A stretch of 64,000 nucleotides of DNA from Styela clava. Lineage: Eukaryota. The translations under genes and the position numbers were made by a program. Positions 1 through 11,037 of this stretch are shown here, one piece after another (the stretch's first letter is position 1; every line of letters begins with the position of its first letter). Below the pieces are notes generated by a model. That model searched no databases. It saw nothing but the letters and a program-made list of their open reading frames with translations, and was not told the origin of the DNA. The stretch lies in assembly GCF_964204865.1 (NCBI RefSeq), contig NC_135254.1, forward strand, positions 15,252,001-15,316,000, written 5' to 3'.

Positions 1-523
1 TCGGAATTAATTGTTACAATATAAATATAAAAAAGACGGAGAATGAGTAGGCAGATATTTTAGTTCCACGATTACACACTAAAAGCCCATTGTGATAGAG
101 TTTAGAGGACATGTGTAAAATATATATAATACCAGTGCTACATTGTGATCTAGTACATTAGGCAACAACAAACGGTCAAACAAAAAAAACAGAGATTTCC
201 CGGAAGACGAGCATAACTAACATAAAATTGGACACACGATAAAAACATCGGCAATAACTTTTAAATCGATTTAATTGATGCCAATATTAATAATTGTCAA
301 CGTGTTTATATTGCTTATTATTGTGAGACGAATTAACATACATACAGAACACTGATCAAAAGGACAGGGCAACACTTTGTACAAACGAGAATTCACGTAG
401 CTTTCACGGAATATTGCATATATTGATTGACCAATGAACCAAATGTACACTTGAGTAATTATCTGTAGATCTGTGAAAAGTTCGCATAACTCAACATATA
501 AGAACATTGATTTGAGCAAACTT

Positions 524-1390
524 ATAAAAGTCATATTGGGGATGGCAAAATAGGGATGGCGAAATACGGTCGAAAGGTGGCAGATTAGGGATGGCGAAAT
601 AGGGACGAAAAGCCAAATTGGGGATGGCAAAATGCGGTCGAAGCGTGGCAGATTAGGGATGGCGAAATACGGTCGAATGGTGGCAGATTAGGGATGGCAA
701 AATGCGGTCGAAGCGTGGTGGCAGATTAGGGATGGCAAAATGCGGTCGATGGCTGTCAGTTTTTGCCAAATCGACTGTCATAATGCGCTGTTTAGTATAC
801 AGATAACAATAAACAATTGCCTCAAAATTACAAAGAAATATGGCCAAAGTGTTTAGATTTGGGGCTGATGAAATGGATTAGTACCTGTCAAATTCGGGCT
901 GGGAAAACACAGTCGATGAGTGTCAAAATGGGATGGCGAAATGGGGTCGAAGCGTGGCAGATTAGGGATGGCGAAATGCGGTCGAAGCGTGGCAGATTAG
1001 GGATGGCAAAATGCGGTCGAAGCGTGGTGGCAGATTAGGGATGGCAAAATGCGGTCGAAGCGTGGTGGCAGATTAGGGATGGCGAAATACGGTCGAAGCG
1101 TGGCAGATTAGGGATGGCAAAATGCGGTCGAAGCGTGGTGGCAGATTAGGGATGCCGAAATACGGTCGAAGCGTGGCAGGTTAGGGATGGCAAAATACGG
1201 TCGAAACGTGGCAGATTAGGGATGGCGAAATGCGGACGAAGCGTGTCAAATTGGGGGTGGCGAAATAGGGTCGATTCCTGTCAGGTTAGAGATGATGAAA
1301 TATGGTCGATGCGTGTCAGATTAAGGAGGGCGAAATAGGGCAGTGGGTTGACGGGTGTCATGTTAAGGATGGCGAAATGCGTGTCAGATT
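524..1390 (+). repeat. Left TIR and subterminal tandem arrays (34-37 bp unit GGCAGATTAGGGATGGCRAAATRCGGTCGAAGCGT[GGT])
   Basis: Two arrays, about 535-749 and 930-1390, separated by a unique spacer. Units degenerate towards 1390. Confidence 0.9.
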
Positions 1391-2266
1391 TGGAAACAAA
1401 CATTGTCAAATTTAAGGAACTAATCTGATCAGTGTTTCACATTTTAAAATTCATTTAAAAGGTATTGTCCGATTTTACATCGTGTCTTTATTTTATGATT
1501 AATTTTAATGTTTTATATATTATTACATTTTTCTCATCAAGTCTTGAACATTTTTATTATATTTTTCTGATTAATAATTTTAATACAATCTTTTAATGTT
1601 TGATATATTATTACGTTTCTCTCATCAAGTTTTGGGTACTCCTGAAGTATGCGCACCAAGATGTCGCACAACCTGAACCCCAACCTGGTACACAACTTGA
1701 GTTCAGGTTGCGCGCCAGCTTATTGCGCATATTTCAAGAGGTCTGCATTGGCTGGCATAGCATTGTGGATCGTGCCATCATTTATGAGGTCATATGTTTT
1801 ATCTCTTTCGTCATGGAAATTTCAGTTTTTCCCTGGTAATATTGTCCCTACAATTTTTTACGCCACCCCGAAGCTTGCGATATTTCTATTCCAAATACTG
1901 TTATTAAACAATTCTTTTCAATTACAAATATTTTAAATTGCTCAAGTATATATGTAGAAGAATCCTGTTTTGCTTTAAAATATTTTTGGCATAATTCACG
2001 ATCACACTGCTTGAAGAGTTCATTCTCCGTGTTTCGTTAAGCTCAATTCTCAAAATTTCTTTCGAAGTTAATTGGTTTTATAATTTGAATATAACCTTTT
2101 GATGTAAAGATGTGTTCGATATATTATGCTATAAAATGATTTTTATGATATTGGGTGAATTCCTATCTAGAGGAGAGTCTTTGAATAGGAATATACGTTG
2201 TAGTATTACTCACTTTTGTATAATATTATTCATGAAAACGCGACAAACTATTTGAACTGCGTAAAA

Positions 2267-2668
2267 ATGAAAATGCGACTTTTGTATAACACTGGCGAAG
2301 AATCTACAAAAGGCAAGGTAATTAAACATAGGGATTTTGGTATAAACAGTTCAAAAACCAACTAATAGAAGATTTCAACACAAAATGTTGGAAACCACCA
2401 AATTCATCCATTTTATCGTTTTTCAGAAAGAAAATGTCGAAGACTAGTTTGACTTTTTAGGAATCTTCTTGCATGCTTTACTTCTTGAGGAACTTAATTA
2501 CCATTACTTGGTACAGAATCCAACCCATGTCTTACTGGATAGCGAAGGAGCAACTTATAAATTAATGTGTTACGTGTAACGCAAGTCTTGTTCTCTGTTG
2601 CAATTGAATTCCAAGGAAAGACGCATTTGCGACGAATTTTCCGTGCTGTTTGGAATAGGGTGGGTTAG
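2267..2668 (+). pseudogene. Decayed MULE-family transposase fragment
   Basis: Manual translation gives RLLYNTGEE (cf. FLLYDSG), KENVED*FDFL...LVQNPTHVLLDSEGA (cf. K..ETY..FL...L.P..I..DFE.A) and, after a frameshift, FQGKTHLRRIFRAVWNRV (cf. GC.FH..QA.WRK). The motifs occur in the expected order, with stops and a frameshift. Confidence 0.5.
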
Positions 2669-3433
2669 ACCTTGGTGCTATATATATCCGCATTGTTTAA
2701 TATTTAAAGGTGCTTATAACTGGCGTAGTTTCGTGCACCGTTATTTCGCGTTCAAATGCGTTTGATGAGGGATTAATTTTGAGCTAGTAATACGTTCAAT
2801 ATTCATATCTAATGATTGTAATATTTGTTCTGGTGAGTATAAGATACAAAAAGCCTTTCTAGATTTTCAATTGAAATCAAATGAAATTATACTTTCAAAA
2901 ACTTATAGGCGAAATGTTTTGAAAACATTCTGCGCTGAGCAGGGTCTCTATAATTGTACGGACATTTAGCGAAATAAAGCCAGTGAAATACTTCCCTGAA
3001 TATTCGACATTTACACTGGAGTCAAATTACTACTAATCTGCAACTGAAAATTTTCAACCTAATTGTTTTGGAACTTTACAAAACAATCTCAAACATTTGA
3101 TGGTCAGAAAACGCTAATGTTTCATGTAGTAGTCAGGGAACACGCAATTTGATGGGTTAGTCTAGCAGGAATGGCGAACCTTTTTAAAGAATTGGGTCGA
3201 AAATTATTGTTGTATTGTAGAAAAGAAGACTGTGGTTCGTAGACAGGGTTGTCTAAAACGAATCAAATATTTGAATACATTTTCGGCTGATTTTCGAATA
3301 ATATATAGTCTCTTTTCATCGTAAACACGGTTTTTCGTTTTTGCGGGAATCTTCAAACGATTTTACACATTCATTTCCATTACGTCAAGAAATTGAAGAT
3401 TATTCAATGTCGTAATTGTTATGATACCCAATA

Positions 3434-4250
3434 AATTGTCGCAAGTCGGAAAACAAGTCGATTTATTAGAGGAAATAATCAATACTTTTTCCCGCTTTAT
3501 GGCAAATAATTTTGATAATGATATTTGAAAGTTTCGACTTTTACTGGGATGATTTTCTGTTGTGCAAATTATTCATATCCATGACCGATACCAGCATATA
3601 AAATTATTATGCGTTATTAATTTAGTTTTGTTTGACGTAACTTATGGTTGCGACGACAATTTGTGAGCATAAAATGTGTAGTGAACTGCCCGATATTATT
3701 CATTTTTGATTCCTATTTTCGGATTTACTGAATAATAAAAGTATTATTACTCTGAAATCTACTGGAATTCGTGGACTTAAAATGTGTGGCAAGGTGCCCG
3801 AATATAATTAATTTCTGATTCGTATTCACAAAATAATATTACTCAAAAATACACTACACGGACTTAAAATGTGTGGTAAAGTGCCCGAATATAATTAATT
3901 TTTTATTCGTATTTTCGTATTCACAAAATAATAAAAGTATTAATACTCAAAAATATAACGGCGATTTGCGGACTTAAAATGTGTGGTAAAGCGCCTGAAT
4001 ATAATTAATTTTTGATTCGTATTTTCAGACTCTTGGAAAAATTGTCCCAAGTCAGAAAAATAATTTATACTTTATCCCGCTTTTTGGCAAATAATTTGAA
4101 TAATGGTTGGTATTTGAAAGTATGAACTTTTTACCAGGATGATTTTGTGTTGCGACAAATATTCAAATCCATGACCGATACCACTATTTCAAATGCCTTG
4201 CCATATTAATTTAAATCTGTTAACGTAACTAACTCATGATTACGTCGACT
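3434..4250 (+). repeat. Degenerate tandem duplications
   Basis: Four 85-110 bp units starting AAAATGTGTGGTAAAGTGCCCGAATATAATTAATT (about 3671, 3779, 3866, 3976), flanked by two diverged copies of a ~220-bp block (about 3434-3660 and 4040-4250). Confidence 0.75.
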
Positions 4251-7200
4251 TGTGAAAGAATAAAAGCGTTACGTTTCTAAAATATATATCGCAGTAATCT
4301 GTGAATATGAAATGCCTGGTAATATAGCCAGTTATTCCATTGTTTATTGCATGCAAATTCTTCCGCATATTATAGATAAGCGTTTTTTGAACTTCAAATG
4401 TATTCGAAACAGTGAACTATTCGGTATTGGCCACTCGTAGGTAAACCCGCTACCGCAATTTTTCCGTTAGACTCATAATCTTTGACGTTGAAGGACTAAG
4501 GTAATATCTTGTACTTGATTTTATGTAATTTGTGTAATACTAATTACCGAAATATGTTCCAACGCTACGGACTACGGTAAATATTCCCGTGGTTTCAAAA
4601 GAGCTTTGAAACGGGATTTCACTGTATGAGAATTGCATTTTTAGATTGGCTTTCTGCCACGTTGAAGTCACTACCACTCTAATCACAACCCTCTAACGAC
4701 TACGTGATTGAAGAGGCGTTATAAACTCTTCATTTCATTTTCAGTTTTCCACGATAAAAACAGTGAATGAGGAGGCCTCTTTATTTCATTTTATTCAGTT
4801 TTCCACGATAAAAACAATCTCAAAACTTTCCAAGACTAGACTAACATTGAAAACATATTGAACGGTATATATGTAGGGATGAATTAAATGTCCCTAAACT
4901 AAATGACCAGAGAGTTTGACAAGCCCGTGAATCGATGCTCTAAGAACGACCAGAGATCGTAGGTTTTATGGTATTTTCAAATTTGAGGTAATGGCATTGG
5001 TTACTTAAGATATGTAAATGGTGAATGACTCAAAGTAAGGTATAAGGCATTAAAAAGTAACTATAATGGTCTAGTTGTTGTAACTAAGTAGGTTTAAAAA
5101 AATCATCATCATCAATCATTTCAAAATTGAGCAACATTAAAGTTGGCTCATGTAATATGATATGATTTTGAAAGCTTTATATTATAGAAACGAAAGCGCA
5201 CTGACATGAGAGTGAGAGTATATTCCTTCAAAGGCCAGAATGAATCATGTATACAGCACCTAATGAAAGTGATGAATTGAATATTCCCGTTTTTGAAAAA
5301 ATAGTGTTCACAAGCAACAAGAAATATATGACATTGGAAGGCATAGAGAGTGAGGGTTAAATGCTAATTGGAGCGCTTAGTATCAGCAATAATGTCAGCA
5401 TCAGCATTTCCCTGAATACCGGGAATTAATAAAAATAGAAGAAAGAACACCAATGTTAAATTATAAATTACAATAGTTTTTCATTCTGCTTTTAAGAAAA
5501 TTACAAGCAGGACATTCATGAGAAAACATGCAAATGCTAGTGAACCATGCATGTTTATTCATACATGCGCGCAAGAAAGAAGTTGTAAACGGAAATAAAG
5601 AGATGACATTTGAGATAACATGAAGCACATAATTTGAGATGACATGATGCTATAAAGATATCGGGTATAAATGCAAAATGGGAAATCCTACATCATTTAC
5701 AGTAAGGTTCAAAATGTGAACACAAAAATTGGGATATCCAACCAATAAAAAATTATTACATTATTGAGAAATTAATTTACAATATTTTATAATAATGAAA
5801 GCATATAACACCAGTATATCATATTGATTCGAAATGTTGTCACACAATTATATTGTGTTTCCATGCATAGTTTGGCATATTAAAACATGAACTTAACCAA
5901 AGGACTTAGTAAATGCTAGGACATTATCTGGGGGAAGACATATTTTCACTGCAAGATTTCAAGATTACACACTGAAAACTATTGCTACAGAAAGTAATCA
6001 GGAACTTCATTATAGAATATATATAACAGCATATGCACCCACCCACATAAATAACAAGTTTATCTTATAACAAGAACAAAATAACACAGTATGGAGTAGT
6101 AGCAGAGAAATTGTTATTTTAGGATTGCAGACAATGCATTAGTACAAAGTGGTTATGATTCATGAATGAAATCAGATCTTATTGATTGACTTCAAAACAA
6201 ACAAGGACTAGACAAAGTATATAATATCGTGTACACAAATGCTACAGTCCCCATAAATAGTGTTTAATAATTGGCAAAAAATACTGAAAGCAAATTAAAA
6301 CATAATTCTGTATCTTGGAAAAATGAATCTCAAACAAATACAATTTAGTATGTTGCACGTTATTTGAAGAAAAAAAATAAATATTTGGAATTTGTGTACA
6401 CAAGTTGAAGTCAGTGATATTAATTTGAACAGTAGCACAAATAGAGCTATTAGGTTATTAAACGACGCTTCTGTAGTATGTGCACTGAGATGGCGTACAA
6501 CCTGATAACCCTAACGTGGTACACATACTATGTTCAGGCTGTGTGCCATCTTGGTGCACATGATGGGACGGGATGCACACACGGGAGCACCTATTAAACA
6601 TATAAAGGTATTCAAACTCAGCGATTGTGTGATCTCAGTGATTTTAGGTAGGGTTAGGAACTGAATTTTATGAGAATGTCTTCAAGACACGAAAATGGAA
6701 ATCACAAAAGTAAGTGAGATTGCATACTAGTAGCAAGTCGAAATGATAAAATATTCGTGGCAGTAAAGGATCAGACCAGGAGATTGCACTCTTTCAAATG
6801 TTTGTGTAAATAAAATGATAACTATAGGGCTGACTATGTGCTATTAGGTGAAATCTATGAAAAAGTTGATCTGTCACGAAAATGTTTAGATTAGCTGGAT
6901 GGATAACCTTGGATGCAACAATTGGAATACAGTTTGCATAAAAAACAGTAGCAATAAATAAACTATAAAACAAGATTAACAATGAGAGTGATTTTTATGA
7001 TTGATCCAAGTTTCATTAACAAAAATAGGAAAATTATTTTAATAGAAGCAATTATGGCAAATAAACAACTCTTACTAACATGGATTAGCAAACATACACT
7101 AAAGTTTAATGCTTTACATGCCCTTTACAAATAACAAGTATCTAATTTCTCATTTAACATTTGCCTTATAAGCTAAAATGCTAAATAAATATTAAATATT

Positions 7201-8221
7201 ACTAGATTAGAATGGTTCCTTTATGAAATTTGAACATAATCATATTCCAAGAACTTGTGAAATACGGTACTACACAAAGCTATTGTGTTAGAAAGTATCT
7301 TCAATACATTTTTGTACCAGGGTAAAGTTAACTATAACAAAATAGGAACCTCCGTCTGCTGAACGATTATTATTACTTTTTAATGAGTTGTCCGAAGCAA
7401 TGATCAGCAATGATACCAAATCTGAACTGAAACGTAAGTTTCAGCACTTCAAATTCATAAACATTCTCAAGTTTCAGAATATTTGCAGATTGATACAATA
7501 CACAGTAGAGTATGTGAGCCGGTCATCAACTTCAAAACACAGTTTTGAAGTACAAAGATAGTTTTGGAGATAAAACTATATCAAGTCCCATGTCACAATT
7601 CATTTGTGGGCATGTAGTGGACCTATGAATCGTTTTGTTATTATGTTGTTGTTCTTTGACACATATTGAAAAACCGCTTTTCTTGTTGATTACTGGACGA
7701 ATTGCTTTGAAATTTTCAATGGTTTAAGATTGATTTGCCTGAAGGCTATTACTTTCATGTATTTCCAATATTTCTGAGAGCTGCATGGAATTCATTTCTT
7801 TTGTGCTATGACCTCATCAAAAATTGCCACCATGTGGCGGTTCATCGTGCGCAGCGAGTCACGAGGTCAGCGAACATTGGTGCTTCTAGTGTTTAGCGAA
7901 CCGTCAAAGGTAAGCTGGACTACTGCTTCGCTCAGGCTGCATGTCCATATATTTGAGCATTGCTCTCTTGTTGAAAGTGCAAACTATAAAGTTCTTGATC
8001 CCCTTTCTGGCACAAATAGACTCACTTCAGTCATTGCAGCAATATCCCTAAAGACTAGATAACCTTAATCTTCATATCTGAAATTATATCAAAATACTTG
8101 ACAGAGTTTCAAGTAGTCATTATAGACTTAATGTCATTTACGATCAAATTTTATAATGGAATTGGAAGTTCGGGGCTTTTACTACAGTTAATTAACATGA
8201 CATGTGTCTCGCTCGGATTAA

Positions 8222-8497
8222 CGATAGGATCTACATATCTATCCCAGGAGAGAGATAATGGACCAGATGGTGGAGGAAGCTGTAACCGAACAGCAGTTGT
8301 GTGAACCACCCAACTGCGACGAGGAGTCCAGTAATCCTCCGCACATAACCATGGGGTGACGAGCGTATTCCTAACAATCTCCACATTTACCCTGCGAACC
8401 TACACAGACTGACATAGTGCAGTAGTGTAAGTAATAAGAGGTGCAATGCCAAGCTTATTCCGCTCACAGGCTTAGCACGATGAGCCACACCACTGCT
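8222..8497 (-). mobile_element. tRNA-derived SINE copy
   Basis: The reverse complement shares TCGTGCTAAGC, GTTAGGAATACGCT, TTATGTGCG.GAGGATT, GGGTGGTTCAC and CTTCCTCCACCA in order with the copy at 44505-44812. It has an A-box-like 5' end. Confidence 0.65.
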
Positions 8498-9130
8498 AAT
8501 TTGAAGTTAGACAATTCAGCAATTAAATATATCAAATGGTTAGAATGCATATTAACTTTTTGCTTAGGTCTGCGGAGTTCACTCAAACAGTCAAATGGCT
8601 TTAGCAGTTTCACTTTTTAGTTTATCGCTTGCTCCACACAATGCTGCAATGTTACCAGTCCCAATTTGACATACCGTGTTCGTGCCTACATCTTGCCACA
8701 CAATAATTCCACCGCGAAGGCATACCGTAGTTCAATGATACGATACCGTATCGGTACCGGTAGTCTACCGTTACCATATTAATTAAAAGTCCAAGTCTTG
8801 GTACGGTACCGTACTGTCTTTGTAATTACCACCAAAACAATTGCCAGGGTAGCCTAATTTGAACCAGAAGAATGTTAAATCTCTTATTTTCTGTCTACTG
8901 CCATTCTCTACGCTGCCCATGCCGTCAAGGACTGGATTAGCATTAACAGATTAATGCTGTAATGGGTCACATACCGGTACCGTACTCACTACGGTACGTA
9001 CCGGTAGGTGGTACCTATTACCGTATCCTGGCATATGCAGGTACATTCGGGCTACATGCTAAACTTAAGAACCTTAAAATGTTCGTACGGTACGGTAACA
9101 CTGACACCATGCCCTTCACTTTCTCAAACG

Positions 9131-9420
9131 TCGCCATCCCTAATCTGCACCACAATTCGACCGCATTTTGCCATCCCTAATCTGCCACTACGCTTCGACC
9201 GCATTTTGCCATCCCTAATCTGCCACCACGCTTCGACCGCATTTTGCCATCCCTAATCTGCCACCGTTCGACCGCATTTCGCCATCCCTAATCTGCCACG
9301 CTTCGACCGCATTTCGCCATCCCCAATTTGACTTTTCGTCCCTATTTCGCCATCCCTAATCTGCCACCTTTCGACCGTATTTCGCCATCCCTATTCTGCC
9401 ATCCCCAATATGACTTTTAT
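9131..9420 (-). repeat. Right TIR tandem array (inverted copy of the left array)
   Basis: Repeated CGCCATCCCTAATCTGCCAC..TTCGACCGCATTT units ending in CCCCAATATGACTTTTAT at 9420. Confidence 0.9.
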
Positions 9421-9428
9421 GCTACCAC

Positions 9429-10136
9429 TGTAGCCAATTAGTTGTTATGTAACTACAAAACTACACCAAATTGGCCCAATTCGTGAGAAACTCATGAAAA
9501 CCAAAATTAATTATTCCCGTTATAGCAATTATCAATTTCTCAAAATCCAATTTCAAGATTTAATAGCCTTTCGGTGCCATCCCATGTGAAAATAAAATTT
9601 ATTTCCAGTAATATTCCAATAACGTAAATTCGAAATATCTTGTTAAAACCAAATTATCCACTTGAGAACAATTTTTTACATCTCATAATTGGAGTAAGTA
9701 CGTGACCAGGAACACGGTGACTTGGCAATAACAAGTTAATTGCTAGTAATGAACTTCAAGAAAACACTTTTAATAATGTTTGATTATAGTGAACCGAAAG
9801 CTAACCAGAAACCGGAATGACGCGTGATTCTTTAATCGTTAATGTAAAAATCTGTTTCTTTATTCTATTTTAATTGCTTGGTAGAAAGCTATATATTCAG
9901 CAATGTGTTTTGTGTTAATCAGACTAGATTTGATCAAATTGTGTGTACATTGTATTTCTGTATATATTGTCGGAATTGCAATAAACTCATAAGGTGTTTT
10001 CAAACGTCTCCTTACTACAGCCGAAGGCTATCGACAGATAGACAGTTCGAATTAACGAACGCAAGACAAAACTATTGTCAGTCAATGCTGGGGTTATAAC
10101 ACATAAACCAGACCAATCTACAAACAATCTATGTGT
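9429..10136 (+). repeat. 5' LTR (3'-truncated by about 20 bp)
   Basis: Starts TGTAG, with TATATA at 9890-9895 and AATAAA at 9980-9985. Identity with the 3' LTR stops at 10136, where the sequence runs directly into gag-like coding sequence. Confidence 0.92.
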
Positions 10137-11037
10137 CTCTCGAGATCCTTTTAAAATACCACCATTTTGGATTGATTCCCCGCAATTATGGTTTAGATGC
10201 GTTGAGAGCGCATTTTCACGAGCAGGCATACTTACTGAAACCAAAAAATTTGATGAAGTTTTGGCTGTTTTAGATAACTCAGTTATCGATAGAATTGGCT
10301 TGGATTTACTAGAGATACATGGACTTAGGCCATATGCTCAGCTTAAGGAAGCCTTGTTGACAAAATTTGCACCCACGGAAGATCAGAGATTGACTGCATT
10401 TTTGCACACTTCCGAACTAGGAGATCAAATGCCTTCTGAAATGCTAAAACGTTTGAAATTTTTAATCGGACCTGAACGTTTGCAGGAAACTCTTGCTAAC
10501 AGCCTGCTCAAGAAGTTATTTTTAGAAAAGTTACCGTCATCTATCAGAAATATTTTGGCGTCAAACTACGACAATACAGTGGACCAATTGGCAATTCAAG
10601 CGGATCGAATCGTACAAAACTCGGATTTTTCAAAACAAGACACGTATGTACAAAGTCAGGTGCAAAATAAATTACTTGAAGCAAAAATTAATGACCTTGC
10701 CGATAGCTTCAGAGAATTTTCCACTAACTGGCAAAAACCGAATTATGTCAATCATCAAAATAAACGAGGATTTCAATCTACACGTTTTACGAATAATTCG
10801 TCTAGGCCCCAGTGGCGTCCGAGACGAGATTATCAGAATAACTTTCGATCCCAATCTTATCGACCCATGAATAATTATAGAAATTCAAACCAAGCTCCAC
10901 ATACCGATGGTCCCCAAAATTTTAGATCAAATGGACTTTGCTATTATCATAAAGCATTCGGGGATAAAGCCAAGAAATGTATGCCGGGATGTACTTATAA
11001 ACACCCAAACGCAAATGCCATTCGATTAAGACGCTGA
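10075..11037 (+). CDS. gag: Gag (CsRn1-type); no AUG before the conserved N-terminal motif
   Basis: KIPPFWIDSPQLWF capsid-type motif, LGDQMPSEML, and C-terminal CYYHKAFGDKAKKCMPGC = C-X2-H-X9-C-X3-C, the CHCC knuckle of the CsRn1 clade. The first ~20 codons of the ORF call are LTR sequence. Confidence 0.92.
   Translation: MSVNAGVITHKPDQSTNNLCVSRDPFKIPPFWIDSPQLWFRCVESAFSRAGILTETKKFDEVLAVLDNSVIDRIGLDLLEIHGLRPYAQLKEALLTKFAPTEDQRLTAFLHTSELGDQMPSEMLKRLKFLIGPERLQETLANSLLKKLFLEKLPSSIRNILASNYDNTVDQLAIQADRIVQNSDFSKQDTYVQSQVQNKLLEAKINDLADSFREFSTNWQKPNYVNHQNKRGFQSTRFTNNSSRPQWRPRRDYQNNFRSQSYRPMNNYRNSNQAPHTDGPQNFRSNGLCYYHKAFGDKAKKCMPGCTYKHPNANAIRLRR

Larger units (their letters stand above)
524..9420 (+). 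mobile_element. Mutator (MULE)/Foldback-like DNA transposon, non-autonomous or decayed, with long repeat-built TIRs
   Basis: 524-749 is the reverse complement of 9195-9420 (ATAAAAGTCATATTGGGGATGGC...; about 5 mismatches, no indels by eye). A decayed MULE-like coding remnant lies at 2267-2668. No target-site duplication found. Confidence 0.7.

Noticed and set aside
515-523. 9-bp TSD for the Mutator-like element
   Set aside because: Left flank AGCAAACTT does not match the reconstructed right flank GCTACCACC.
271-1038. Short ORFs with FAIPNL/PSLICH peptides (also 8962-9256)
   Set aside because: Translations of the TIR tandem repeats.
535-1390. CRISPR-like array
   Set aside because: Units are contiguous near-identical tandem repeats without unique spacers, mirrored at 9131-9420 as a TIR, in a eukaryotic context with no cas genes.
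8151-8384. Possible cargo gene inside the DNA transposon
   Set aside because: The sequence matches the SINE family also seen at 44505-44812.
9878-10099. Duplicated 73-aa ORF (also 16936-17157)
   Set aside because: Lies in the LTRs, has a non-ATG start and no motif; the duplication is explained by the LTRs.
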